Notes: a model not told the origin generated them from the letters alone. 64,000 nucleotides of DNA from Octopus vulgaris (GCA_951406725.2 OX597822.1:32116001-32180000); one strand, 5' to 3'. Shown: positions 40,410-53,427, counted from the first letter of the stretch. Numbers and translations: made by a program.

Positions 40410-41858
40410 TTACCGTCCAATCTCACTCACCTCTCATATCATCAAGGTATTTGAGAGGGTGCTGAGATCGCGTATGACTCACTTCCTTGAGAGTCATAAT
40501 ATGCTGAACCCCAACCAGCATGGATTCCGTAATGGGAGAGATTGCCTGACGCAGCTACTGCATCATTTTGATGACATTTTGAGAGCCTTGGGAGAAGGTT
40601 CCAACACTGATGTCATCTACCTTGATTTCAGCAAGGCCTTTGACAGGGTTGATCATAAGATCCTTCTGAGAAAGCTGTCCAATATTGGTGTCACTGGAAA
40701 GCTGCTGCAGTGGATCAAGTGCTTCTTGTCTAACAGAACCCAACATGTTGTAGTCGAAGGAGTCAAATCCAGCCCAGCCAAAGTCAGCAGTGGTGTCCCA
40801 CAAGGCACTGTGTTGGGCCCACTTCTCTTCATCACCTACATAAATGATATTACTGACACCATCAAACACAGTAACATCAGAACCTTCGCTGATGATTCCA
40901 AGCTCCAGAAGGTCATCAATGGCGTGGATGACCGAATAAACCTTCAGTCAGACCTACTGGCTGTTGTCCAATGGGCGGAAAAGAATAACTTGTTGCTAAA
41001 TGAAGACAGATTCGAACTGATCCACTTTGGAAGGGAGGACGCTCTGAAACTCCCATACTCTCTTCCTTCTGGAGAAATTCTCATGGCATCCAACAACATC
41101 AGAGACTTGGAAGTAACAGTGGACAACAACATAAGCTGGGCTACACATATAAGCAGCAAAGTTGACATGGCCCGCAGAATGTGTTCCTGGATTCTCAGAA
41201 CCTTCCAGTCGAGAGATTCCCACGCTATTATCCTTCTCTTCTCCACTTTTGCCCGACCCCACCTTGAATACTGCTGTCCACTGTGGTCTCCCTACATAAA
41301 ACAAAATATTATGAGAATTGAAGCTCCCCAAAGGTCAATCACAAAAAAGATAGATGGCATGTCAGACCTTGACTACTGGGGTAGACTAGAGAAGCTGAAA
41401 TTGTATTCACTCCAACGACGCCGTGAACGCTACATTATCTGTATGATGTGGAAAATATTCCATCAGCACTGTCCGAATGATGTTGGCATCACCTTCAAAA
41501 TACATCCAAGGCTTGGACCACGTGCCATCCGTCCACAACAAAAATCTAAATCGCATCACATAACGACAATACGGCACAACTATTTCACCTCAATTGGACC
41601 CGCTCTCTTCAACATTACACCAGGACACGTCAAAAAAGAAACTGACCACACAAAATTCAAGAAGTCTTTGGACAAATTCCTTCAAACAGTACCGGACAAA
41701 CCACCCACACCCGGATATGTCTCCGCAAACAATAACTCTCTGCTCGAATGGGCCTTGGTGCCCAAATCCTGAACTGAAAGACTTCGCCAGGTGGTGCTAT
41801 TAAGTTAGACATGGCCTGGGCCAATACTGACCAAAACCTTTCTAAGTTATTCTAAGTT
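40410..41858 (+). mobile_element. 5'-truncated CR1-group LINE between (TA)n runs
   Basis: Starts in-frame at YRPISLTSHIIKVFER; 3' tandem tail ttctaagtta x2. Confidence 0.93.
40459..41772 (+). CDS. LINE ORF2 reverse transcriptase (5'-truncated, uninterrupted 437 aa)
   Basis: QHGFR, IYLDFSKAFDRVDH, SGVPQGTVLGPLLF, FADD, RPHLEYC, LYSLQRRRER. No native start, so unlikely to be expressed as is. Confidence 0.9.
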   Translation: MLRSRMTHFLESHNMLNPNQHGFRNGRDCLTQLLHHFDDILRALGEGSNTDVIYLDFSKAFDRVDHKILLRKLSNIGVTGKLLQWIKCFLSNRTQHVVVEGVKSSPAKVSSGVPQGTVLGPLLFITYINDITDTIKHSNIRTFADDSKLQKVINGVDDRINLQSDLLAVVQWAEKNNLLLNEDRFELIHFGREDALKLPYSLPSGEILMASNNIRDLEVTVDNNISWATHISSKVDMARRMCSWILRTFQSRDSHAIILLFSTFARPHLEYCCPLWSPYIKQNIMRIEAPQRSITKKIDGMSDLDYWGRLEKLKLYSLQRRRERYIICMMWKIFHQHCPNDVGITFKIHPRLGPRAIRPQQKSKSHHITTIRHNYFTSIGPALFNITPGHVKKETDHTKFKKSLDKFLQTVPDKPPTPGYVSANNNSLLEWALVPKS

Positions 41859-41948
41859 ATATATATATATATATATATATGTAGGTCCCGGGTTGAGTCG
41901 GGGTTAACCACAGTAAATAAGGTACTCAATACATAGCAGAGTAAATTA

Positions 41949-42073
41949 ATTTATTTTATAGAAGGAGCTTCTACAGGACTAGAACTGTTTCATTCAAAAG
42001 AAATCATCAGGAAGCTCCTGATGATTTCTTTTGAATGAAACAGTTCTAGTCCTGTAGAAGCTCCTTCTATAAA

Positions 42074-42079
<6 letters not shown>
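41949..42079. repeat. Perfect 64-bp inverted repeat with 3-nt loop
   Basis: 41949-42012 is the reverse complement of 42016-42079; loop agc; the block is flanked by (TA)n. Confidence 0.96.
41964..42018 (-). ncRNA. Type I hammerhead ribozyme
   Basis: ggagcttc-CTGATGA-tttc tttt gaat-GAAACAG-ttctagtc-CTGTA-gaagctcc: 8-bp stem I, stem III acag/ctgt, GUA cleavage triplet. Confidence 0.85.
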
Positions 42080-42126
<47 letters not shown>

Positions 42127-42299
42127 GACTCACGCATATATGGGTACAGGACGTTAGCAACTTTGTAAACAACATGAAGTACGAAAACAAACGAGTTAAA
42201 TACGCAAACATCGAGACAAAAAATTGCAAAACAGGACAAGTAAAAACTGAAAACGACCCTTTATCAGTTGTCGGCTGTCTATCTACTTCGCATTTCGAA

Positions 42300-42680
42300 T
42301 AGCTGTGTAGTGAGAAGCCTGTTTCCAAACAACATAGTTGCAGGTTCAATCCCACAGCATGGTCACTTGGACGGGTGCCTTCTGCTATAGCTTCAAACCG
42401 ACCAAAGTCTTGTGAGTGGATTTGGCAGAGGAAAACTGAAAGAACCCCATCTTATAGTTATACGTATGTGGGTGTGTGTTTGTGTATGCGTTTGTCCCCC
42501 ATTACCACTTGACAACTGGTACTGGACTTTACTCCCACGTAACTTAGAGGTTCGACAATAGAATAAGTACAAAGCTTAAAAGAAATAGGCCCTGGAGTTA
42601 AATTCTTCGACTAAAATCCTTCAATTCGGTGCTACAGCATGGCCGCAATCACATGAGTGAAACAAGTAAAATAATAAAAG
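42300..42680 (+). mobile_element. Old SINE family A copy
   Basis: Degenerate consensus match. Confidence 0.75.
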
Positions 42681-42742
42681 GATATATATATATAATTTCA
42701 AAAATACGTGCAGACATACATATATGTATATATATATATATA

Positions 42743-44034
42743 CGAGGGGCGTTCAATAAGTAATGCCCCTGACCCACTTCCCATAGCAGTAGAGCAACGA
42801 AACTTGGCACAGTTATTAATATTTTTCTATATATGAACCACCCAGAGTTACGCATTTCTCCCATTGTTTGATGCAGCTCTGGAGACCGTTTTTGTAGAAA
42901 ACCCCAGCTTGGTTCTCCAACCACGACGTGTCTTCAGAAATCAAGGCTGCATCATCTGGGAAACGCTTTCCTTTCAAAAACAACTTCATGGCTGGGAAGA
43001 GGTGAACATCAGAGGGTGCAAGGTCAGGAGAGTAGGGGGATGGGGGAGGAGTTCATAGCCGCACGCCTGTGCTTCTGATCTGTCGACACGCAAGTTGTGG
43101 ACCGGAGCGTTGTCCTGCAGGAGGAGGATGCCTTTGCTGATCTTGCCCTGCCGCTTGATTTTGATAGCTTCTCTTAATTTCCTCAAAAGTGAAGCATAAT
43201 AAGCTCCTGTAATTGTGGTACCCTTTGCCAGGAAATCTGTCATCACTACTCCGTCCTGGTCCCAGAAGACTGTGAGCATGAGCTTGCCAGCGGAGGGCAG
43301 CACCCTTGCCTTCTTTGGAGGAGGTGAGTCACGGTGCTTCCGCTGTATTGACTGGGCTTTGGTCTCTGGATCATAGTGATGGACCCAGGTTTCATCCTGT
43401 GTAATCTGTCTTTTGAAAAATGTTGACTCATCTTCTTGGCACATCTCCAAATTCATCCTCGAGCACTCGACGCATTCTTACTTCTGGAAAGGTGTGAGCA
43501 ACCTGGGAATCCATCTGGCAGACACCTTTAGCATATGCAAATGGTCATGAATGATAGTTTCTACAGACCCGATACTAATCTTGACCTCATGGGCTATTTG
43601 GCGAATAGTTATGCGTCGATCTTCCAAAATGGCAGCTTCAACTTGACGGACAGATGCCTTATCAATGGCAGAAGGGGGGCGACCAGATCTGGGAGCTGTT
43701 TCCACAGAGTTCCGACCATATTTGAATTCACGATGCCAGCGTTTTACAAGGTCATATGATGGGGCATCATCACCTTAAGTTACTTTCATTTCATCAAAAG
43801 TCTCTCGTGGTGTGTGTCCTTTCAAATACAAAACCCGGATCACTGCTCGACACTCAACAGGCTCCATTTCACACTTGACTCAGTTCAAACACCTGTAAAT
43901 CAGAAACCACATTTAGTTCAGAGCTGTAATTTGCCACTTAATCTATAGAGATATCAATAATTGCACATGCAAAATTGCAGCTAGATCAACCAACTGCAAG
44001 CGGGTCAGAGGCATTACTTATTGAACGCCCCTCG
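42743..44034 (-). mobile_element. Full-length mariner transposon (1292 bp) with TA TSD
   Basis: 33-bp TIRs cgaggggcgttcaataagtaatgcc(c/t)ctgaccc with one mismatch; TA on both sides. Confidence 0.96.
42816..43867 (-). pseudogene. Mariner DD34D-type transposase, inactivated
   Basis: MEPVECRAVIR...; RSGRP; WIPRLL; TQDETWVHHYDPE; LLQDNAP; HPP/SPDLAPSD across a frameshift; in-frame stops. Confidence 0.93.
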
Positions 44035-44277
44035 TATATATATATATTTCTGCTATAAGTTATGAATGAAGAGAAAGCTTCTCCTACGGATTCCGCCAAC
44101 CTTCCACATAGTAGTTTTATACAGAGAAGTGTAATGTACAGTTTGAATGCAGATGTGATCCAGAAGGTCCGATCAATGTAATTAGTTCAAGAGGAGTGTA
44201 AAACCCATAAAATCCAGGCATGTTGTGAGAGTACCTGTTCGATTTTTGTGCTCTCAAATTTAAAATTACTGAAATCT

Positions 44278-44358
44278 TTGTGCTGATGACGGGAATGTTA
44301 GAATAGGGATGTATTTCAAGCAATTCTATATCTGACTAAACCAGAAACGCGTTCACAA
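44278..44358 (+). ncRNA. Type I hammerhead ribozyme with long stem II
   Basis: ttgtg-CTGATGA-(cgg..gttagaatagggat...attctatatctgac..cca)-GAAAC-gc-GTT-cacaa. Stem III is the palindrome aacgcgtt. It lies upstream of (TA)n at ~44545, with a possible GIY-YIG remnant (SVMY.FECRCD) at ~44128-44160. Confidence 0.75.
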
Positions 44359-44550
44359 GTAATCAAATACCGGGTGAACTTTCGTTTTATTTTTGCCCTC
44401 TATGCCTACGTGAATGCTTTTGAGTATACATTGTCTGGGAGAGTCTTCTTATAGTAGAAGAAATAGCTAAATTCTTTGGCTGGTATTTCTAAAAGTTCGG
44501 TATGTGGCAAAGCAAAGTTTTTGCTGGACCCTAATTATATAAAGTATATA

Positions 44551-44637
<87 letters not shown>

Positions 44638-44639
44638 AT

Positions 44640-45032
44640 GGATTACTGTTCATGTTCATTCGGATTACACCATTTCTGCACCTTGATTGTCCGTCACTCT
44701 TCCACTTTATTTTCAGGTCCTTGTACATATCTTCTGTTCTACTTCCACTCTCAACCTCTTTTCTCTTTCTCTTTTCTTTTTTGTCACCGCCAATAACGTA
44801 TGCACCGTAATTCTTCATCCATTCCCTTCCGGTCATTTCAAAATGTAACCATGTGTGCATTGTTGGCGATTTTCTTCCTCCGTCTTCCTTTGTACTTCCT
44901 TTTTACTTTCCTCTATTTCTGAAGAAGAGCTTTACTCGAAACGTAAATGACTTTCTCACTTCCCGAGCGTTAAACTAATACGTCTGTTTGTTGTTTATAC
45001 ACCCATCTTTTGTTTTTGGCTAAATTCTCAAT
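44640..45032 (+). mobile_element. PLE 3' UTR/pLTR fragment between (TA)n runs with minimal HHR core at 44919-44945
   Basis: CTGAAGA-agagctttactc-GAAAC-GTA; downstream gagcgttaaactaatac...tatacacc is shared with 17286-17400(-) and 53280-53358. Confidence 0.7.
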
Positions 45033-45266
45033 ATATATATATATTTAAATTGCACGAAGCGTAATGATGCTTAAAAAGCATTCACCTGCTAGAAACAAGA
45101 GCTAATGTCTTAAATTAATCCACCGTACAACACCAATCTTAGTGTTTGAATCTTTTGCTTATATATATATATAGCCCTAATTAGTGGTTCAAACTTTAGC
45201 TGTTCCTTCTAGCGTTAGAGAGTCCTATGTTGGATACCTCTTAATGTGTTTAAATGTACACTGTAT

Positions 45267-45325
<59 letters not shown>

Positions 45326-45367
45326 ATATGTCGTGTATATATAAATATATATATATGATGCATATAT

Positions 45368-45403
<36 letters not shown>

Positions 45404-46604
45404 GTGTGTGTGTGTGTGTGTGTGTATCTAATTATATATGTATGCATGAGGGTATGAAGTTTCTACAGATAGACGCAGCTGAATGTTTCCTAAACTAATA
45501 CGTAAGTAAAGAATTAGATCTATGGAACAAAAGCATCAGCGCCAGAATGCTCTGGGATAAATGTGCAACATTGTATTAAATTATTATTATCATCTGATTA
45601 TAATAGATGAGTTTTTCATTATTCTGAAAGAATCATTGAATTGCATAATTGAAAAGGATATTAAATAGAAAATGATATGATATTATAATGCTAAGACTTT
45701 AAAGTATTCAGAAAAGTCTAACGGGTGGTAATGCGTAAATTAGAGATTCCAGTTGTTTCAAAATGGTTCCTCGAGTCACAAACAACAAATCTCAGATTCG
45801 AGAAACACTTTTATCAATTTTATGATTTCAGAATGGAAATATTAGATATCCATACGAAATTATTTTTACTAGGCGGATCCATGAAAAATCCATGTTTCAT
45901 AAACATCATTCTATTTTTATGCATAAATCTATAGAGTATATTCATTGTGGAATATTCGATATTTCTTTGTTCCGCTAATAGAAAATATTATATTATAATA
46001 TTGTATCTTTAAAATGTTCAGAACGCTCCAGTTGTTGGTTTGGTATAGATTAGTGTTAACAATCAGAGATTCCCGTTGTTAGATGACATGAATATAACCT
46101 AATAGTTGATACAGTATTGTTTACTTGTTAAACTGAGTTAAAAACAAGAGATTCTCATTGTTTGTATACATCTATATAAATAGATATATCCCCAGTGACC
46201 GTCGCTCCTGGTCGTGAAGGGAGGGGCTTGCGTGGACTACTGACTCAGAGCGAATCCGTCGGAAGTTGTAAACACTCGATAGGGCCAACGTTGGCGGCAA
46301 AGTCAAAGACGATGACCCTGACTAAACGCGGCCAACACCCAAAGACTATATCGGTGGAACAAACGGGTGTTAACTACTACTGATCTCAATGCCTGAACCA
46401 GCAGATGATTAGGGCTACGCACGACGGACAGGTTACAGAAAGCGCCACTCAAAATTATAACCGCGTCAGTGGTATTCTGTTGCAATTTCATAACTGGTTC
46501 CTGCACGTTTTATTCTGTATGTGTTGCAGAGGAAGTTCATGAATTAAAGTGTGTGGGTTTCGTCCTGGCAAGTGAAGGGCCACCTTAAAAAATTGCACGC
46601 CATA

Positions 46605-47348
46605 CTCTTTTACTCTCTCTTTTACTTGTTTCAGTTATTTGACTGCTGCCATGCTGGAGCACCGCCTTTAGTCGAGCAAATCGACATCCAAGACTTTTTC
46701 TTTGGAAGCCTAGTACTTTTTCTATCGGGCTCTTTTGCCGAACCACTAAGTTACGTGGACGTAAACACACCAGCATATGTTGTCAAGCGATGTTGGGGGA
46801 ACAAGCACAGACACACAAACATATACACACACATAGATATACACATATATACATATATATACAACGGGCTTCTTTCAGTTTCCGTCTGCCAAATCCACTC
46901 ACAAGTGTTTGTTCGGCCCGAGGCTATAGTAGAAGACACTTGCCCAAGGTGCCACGCAGTGAGACTGAACCCGGAACCATGTGGTTGGTAAGCAAGCTAC
47001 TTTATTTTGCATCATTTGCCATAGAGGCAGTACAAAGATGTGTAGCTTTGCGGGCTGGACAAAACATTAATGCAGCGAATGATAATAATACAATATGATA
47101 AAGATGAGAGAAAACAGAAAGCGCCCCCGCCGACTCACTGCTTCTCTAAAACATTATTCGTTAAAAACAACATATATAGAGGTATTAACCTCTCAATATA
47201 TACAAAAATATATACAAAAAATTGGACTAGAAGTCCATCACAAAGGAAACAAATTTTATACACATGGAGGCGATAAACCTCTTACATTATTCCTTCAATT
47301 AACTCTTTTGATAAGCAAGCTACTTACAACACAGTAACTCCTGCGCCA
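46605..47348 (-). mobile_element. SINE family A split by a 309-bp insertion
   Basis: The SINE runs to 47002 and resumes at 47312; taagcaagctactt is duplicated at both junctions. Confidence 0.85.
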
Positions 47349-48584
47349 TTGGCCATTTTCATTATTCCATGACGACGATGACCACAACAACGACGACGAT
47401 GATGACAATGACAACGACGACGATGACCAGATATTCATTATATAACAGGATATGTTCATCCATTTCATTACAAAATGTAGGTTGTTTAAAGCTCAATCTC
47501 TAATCTTATTTCTTGTAATATAAGATTTTGATTATATATTCAATTTCGTTCCGCAGTGTATTTGATCATAATCATATATTTCAGTTATGTCTTCGTTTTC
47601 GTTGCATATTTAAGGTTGTTTAAATATCTAACGCCAAAACAAATATCAGGGAAAGTTGAATTACGATTTATTAAACAAATAAGGAAGCACATTTGAATAG
47701 AAAACAAACTTATTTTTCTGTGACATTATCAGCAGAAGTGAAAATATACTGTGCATAAAACATTTAGAACAAAAAAATGTAATGGTTCAAACAAAAAAAA
47801 GCTGTTTAATAATGCTGCTCAGGAACGACACAATTCTAAACGAACACTATTATAGAAAACATTTGGCACCAAACTAGACGCCGTAAAACATTTAGCCCGG
47901 CGCTCTAATGTCCCAACAATAAATATTGAAGAATAACAGTTTTAATGTAAAAACATTTATCCGTTCATGTATGACATCTGTGTCAAATATGCTATTATAT
48001 TTTCCAGTGTTTGTGAAAATGAACAACAGGAAAAATAAAAAGGACACTAAAGATAAGAAAACAAAAAGGAACGGACAGTTATAAAGATGAAGAGAGTGAA
48101 AGAGATAAAGGGAGAGAATGAAGGGGAAGCTGCAAAAGGCGAGACATAGAAAAATGTGTTGGTGAACGGGGAAAAGATTTTAGTTAAGGCTGTTCATATT
48201 TCATTTTAATGCCGCTTGATTGCGTTCACTGCCACTTGGTCGCTTCCGATCGGCTTAGTCGTGTAATTTGAAATCATTTCCTCACAATCCTCCCTCGTTC
48301 GCTTCTTTGTTAGAATTTTTGTATAGGCTTTTACTGTAAAAATATTTGAACAACGCAAAGAATAACAAAATGAATAAACAAAATACCAGTCACACTAACA
48401 CACTTTCACTATGATTATTATTTAACTAGAATTACTACTGTCATGTGTAAGAAAAAAATACATACATATTCTGAGAATAGATAGAAAATATATGACACAT
48501 TCAATGCATTACTTACTCACAAAGAATAAATATTTACTTAACAAAAGTTTGAAAGCGACGAATATGTAATGACAAATATATACT

Positions 48585-48795
48585 TTATTACCCACAAGGG
48601 GCTAAACAAGGACAGACAAACGGATTAAGTCGATTATATCGACCCCAGTGCGTAACTGGTACTTAATTTAGCGACCCCGAAAGGATGAAAGGCAAAGTCG
48701 ACCTTGACGGAATTTGAACCCGGAACGTAACGGCAGACGAAATACGGCTACGCATTTTGGCCGGCGTGCTAACGTTTCTGCCAGCTTGCCGCCTT
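48585..48795 (-). mobile_element. SINE family B
   Basis: Consensus match. Confidence 0.88.
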
Positions 48796-49269
48796 ATGTA
48801 ATGTTAAGTATATTTTTGTCTAACATACCTGTCTGATAAACGAAATTAGTTCATTAACATGATGGGAATTTCTGACAATCATGGCCTTCCCAGTAACATT
48901 TAAGAAGTAAATTGAATGGCAATGGCCTACAATGGTACCTGTTCACAAATTGATTTATCAAGAACAAACCGTATATCCTACCGCAATTTACTTTTCAAAA
49001 TAGTACAATAATGTCGAAATTCTGAAATTTCATTGCCAGAATCATGCACCAATCGAATAAATGATTATATACACCTCAACGATATCCATACCATCATGTC
49101 TTGTGACTTTTCATTATTGATTTTATCGATTGATAATCTTAGTATTATTGATTTTATCGATCTTGGTTGTGAAATGTAAAATTTGGTAGTCCGAAGTGTT
49201 TGTTTTATACTCGTCAAGGCTGAAAGCAGGGGCAGGACCCATAGCACTGTCAGATATTTGGTGTCTGGT

Positions 49270-49520
49270 AAGATTGACACCGTTAATTTTCCTTGTATTC
49301 TGTAGGTGAGATATGAGCAGGGCGGAAATTCCAGAGAGTTGATGTGCTACTTTAGACAGATTGGGTTGCAGTTAGAACGGGAAAGGAATATTGTGCTAAA
49401 CAAGGGTGAAGTGTCTGAGAGAGATGAGGGTCGGAGAGCATCTGAGTAATGGATGCAGCAGCAGCAGCCTCGTCGCAGATACATCTGTATGCATGTGACG
49501 GGCCTGTTCTCTTGTGAGAC
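49270..49520 (-). mobile_element. Very degenerate L2/Crack-like LINE 3' fragment
   Basis: TLWNFRPAHI (cf. LWNxLP) near the end; little other support. Confidence 0.3.
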
Positions 49521-50523
49521 CTGTATGATGTTAACAGGTGTTGGAGACTGAAATATCTTCTGGCCTGAAGAGAGTGGCTAGTCTTTGGGATGCAGTCCTA
49601 GCTATGCCTACGATGTCTTATAAGATGTTAACTGCTTAAACATTTACGACGAATTATTCCAGCTATTTGTCTCATCAGTACCAGCGAAAATAGATTTCAC
49701 TTTAATAGCCCACTCCACACACATCTATGTCTTTGGCCAAACTAATTAACTGTTAAAGAATACACCTTTCTTTCCATCCTTGATTAAGTCAATGAATGAC
49801 ACTGGCGACTACTAAGCACTATGAGAGTGTAAAAATAAGGTCTGATATTACTGTCTTTCGCCCGTTCGCGTTTCTGAGAAGATATGAACTTGTTAGCTAT
49901 AAGTAATTCTGGGAGAAAGCGGGAAAGAGAACGAGAGATAAAACGAGAGGGAGAGAGAGAGGATAGAAACTATACTGGTGCATCATCTTACAATGTTAAA
50001 AACGCTGAAAGTGAAATATGTCTTAGATGAGATCTGAACCCAGGGCCCAGTGATCCAAAAAAATTAATGCAAATAAGCCTAAGCGAGATTCTAATATCAA
50101 ACTCTACAAATTTGATTCCAGCGTGTATATAATCCATTTATATGATTAAAGCAGGCTACTATAATTATCAGCAGTCAGCAAAGGAACAATATATTTTTGC
50201 TAAAGTTGGATTCTCCTTGTAGGTGCGGTTTCTTCGAGAGAGAGAATACGATATTTCTTAATGGATCGGCAAAATATCTTCACAAAACAAATAGCTCTGT
50301 ATTTCCGCTGCAAGAGAAGTTTTCATCTGCAATTGAAGCACTTGGGTACCACATTAATTGTTCACTGGCAAGCATGTTCAAGTATGGAGTGGGACTTAAT
50401 AAAACACGCACTATACCATTTAGGCCAATGAAGAATTCATTACGCCATCGTTCGACCTTCTAAGAGTAACACCTCATCTCAATCAAGTAATGGAGACAAG
50501 GTTTGGACATTGTAGTGTTATAC

Positions 50524-50554
<31 letters not shown>

Positions 50555-51120
50555 CACACACACACACATACACACACACATGTACGAGTAACCCCCCTCC
50601 AATGGACGGTGCTGAGTTGTCAAACATTTCAGCCACATTTTCACAAAACAACTTGTCTGACCTTTCCATAGGCCTTCCCTTTGAGAAACACTGATTTAAC
50701 CTAAATTTGAGACACCAGAAAAAGAAGAAATAAAGATAGAATTTTTTTTCTATTCCAAAGATAAACGATTTTATTCACACAAATATGCAACCGAAGAGTT
50801 TGAGAGCACAAACATGGCTTAAACAGTAAGCTTGGCAGGAATGAAACGTACCTTTAAGCTGTACAAAAACAACAACAGATAGAAGGTGCAGTTATGTACA
50901 GATTGACGGAAGAAACCAGGACAAAAACGGTTTTATCGATCGCATTCTCGCCTGGAATCGATTTTTGTAATTTTTTCAAGACTATACACGCCCTGATACC
51001 GTCGGTATCTACATATCAAATTGGAGCGCAATCAGATGGAGGATGACCGAGATCCGAAAAGACACACACACACACACACACACACAGAACGGATTTTATA
51101 TAAGATATGTATATATATAT

Positions 51121-51348
51121 CGGCGAGCTGGCAGAAACGTTAGCGCGCCGGGCGAAATGCTTAGCGGTATTTCGTCTGTCGTTACGTTCTGAGTTCAAAT
51201 TCCGCCGAGGTCGACTTTACCTTTCATCCTTTCGGGGTCGATAAATAAAGTACCAGTTTCGCACTGGGGTCGATGTAATCGACTTATTCCCTTTGTCTGT
51301 CCTTGTTTGTCCCCTCTATGTTTAGCCCCTTGTGGGCAGTAAAGAAAT
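51121..51348 (+). mobile_element. SINE family B, full-length monomer between (TA)n runs
   Basis: cggcgagctggcagaaacgttagc...gagttcaaattcc (A/B boxes)...gtgggcagtaaagaaata. Confidence 0.92.
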
Positions 51349-51370
51349 ATATATATATATATACACACAA

Positions 51371-51422
<52 letters not shown>

Positions 51423-52144
51423 TCCTTAACTTATTCCAATTGCGAATAGTTTTGGTAGGCACCAGCAGGCTTCGAGAGGCATGTATGTATCTATACTGAG
51501 AGATGCAGGAAGATTACGGCAGAAATTCTATGAAATTTGACGTAGCTCTAAACGAGAGGAAATAGATAGTGACCATTTTTTAAATCAAAATTGCAAAAGC
51601 AATCCCTTCCGATCTGAAGTCAGATAAACATCCTACGAATGTTCAGTTCAGTGCTTTACGAAATTGAGATAATAAATCGTCGGATTGTTTTGGGGGTTTT
51701 AAGTGCCAGCTATGTTTCTATCTTACACAACGAGCATGTAACAATGAAGGTGGTATGAATCATAAAAAAAGTGACACTGACATAAACACCGTATTATTAT
51801 CATATAAATTATTTGCATTTGTTTTTAGTTCTTTATTTAATGGACTGTGCCAAAGCTGGCATTTGGACGCATATGATTTTAGCTGTTTATATCTAACCTG
51901 CTTCATTGTCAGGTACACAAATTTTCAACGTTTAAGGAAAACTAAGAGTGAAATCATTACCGCGTAAAAGGGAGGTAATCTATACTGGACTTAACAGAGT
52001 TGGTCATGTTGATTCAGCTGAATGTGGTTGCCATAGAAAGATTATACACACAAACTCGCACACGCACTAACCGCGCGCGTTGCGCACACACACACGCATA
52101 TACGTACAAACACACGCAGGTACAAACGCATACATATAAATACA

Positions 52145-52187
<43 letters not shown>

Positions 52188-52976
52188 ATATATTTATATA
52201 TATATGTATATATATATATGTATATATATATATATGTATATATATATATTTATAAATATATATATATATATATATCTGTATATATACATACATATATATA
52301 TATATTTATAAATATATATATATACATATATGTGAGTGTGTATATTGATAAATGTGTGTGTATGCATATTTATATATTTGTGCGTATGAATATATATATA
52401 TATAGACATATGTATAAACACATGCACAGACACTCACACATATATATATATACATACGGCAAACTTCTACACTAAATTCCACTCATGCGCTATTGGTTGC
52501 AACGAGGTGGCAGTTTATCACAAAGCTATTCATGCGCTATTCATATATAAACTAAATTCATACAAATAAAACGCATATAAATCAGTGAAAGCACGCTGAT
52601 ACTTATTTTAGTTATCACGTTGCAAACCATTGCAACATCGTTGCGGTCATCTCAACTTCTCTACACAATACCATCTCAAAACTACTCTATCAGTCAAACG
52701 AACGTAACAGCTGCAATTTAATCTTATAAGAACTGGCGAACATTTGATATGCCTATGATGCTTGTTAAAGAAAAAATGTATCTGTTTTAACATAGTAGTT
52801 ATTCATCTCTGCTCCAGAATATAAAGGAGTTTTCTCTATCCGAGAAACCAGTTGTAGACCTTTGCCGATCGGCTAAGTTTTAAAGGATAAGAGCAAAGCA
52901 ATACTGGTCGTCAGTCGGTAAAAGACTAAATGTAAGATGCGCGCTCGAACGCATACACACTCTTTTTTTCTGTTTG

Positions 52977-53011
<35 letters not shown>

Positions 53012-53102
53012 AATATATACATAAAGTACTTATATATATATGCATATATATATGAATATGCACATATATGTATATTTATGGTACTACACACACACACGCA
53101 CA

Positions 53103-53171
<69 letters not shown>

Positions 53172-53194
53172 TGTGTGTGTGCTTGTCTGCTGAA

Positions 53195-53354
53195 CTCTAC
53201 AGGTTTTTTTTTCATTCTGTCTTTGTATTCCTTTCTGTTGATGAGCCTAGGCTCGAAATGTAAGATACTTTATCATTTTTGCCGAGCGTCAAACTAATAC
53301 ACTTCTGCGTGGTTCATAACACCTGTCTTTGTCTTTTGCCTTTCTATAAATTTC

Positions 53355-53358
<4 letters not shown>
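53195..53358 (+). mobile_element. PLE pLTR fragment with variant HHR core (CTGTTGA) ending in (TA)n
   Basis: cttt-CTGTTGA(53235-53241)-tgagcctaggctc-GAAAT-GTA; same family as 17286-18525. Confidence 0.65.

Positions 53359-53427
<69 letters not shown>

Noticed and set aside
49635-49685. CTGATGA-gac...gtc on the minus strand as a hammerhead
   Set aside because: Followed by GTAAA rather than GAAA, and no stem I.
51121-51205. tRNA gene
   Set aside because: A/B boxes are present but the sequence runs straight into the SINE body and occurs in many decayed copies; it is a SINE head.
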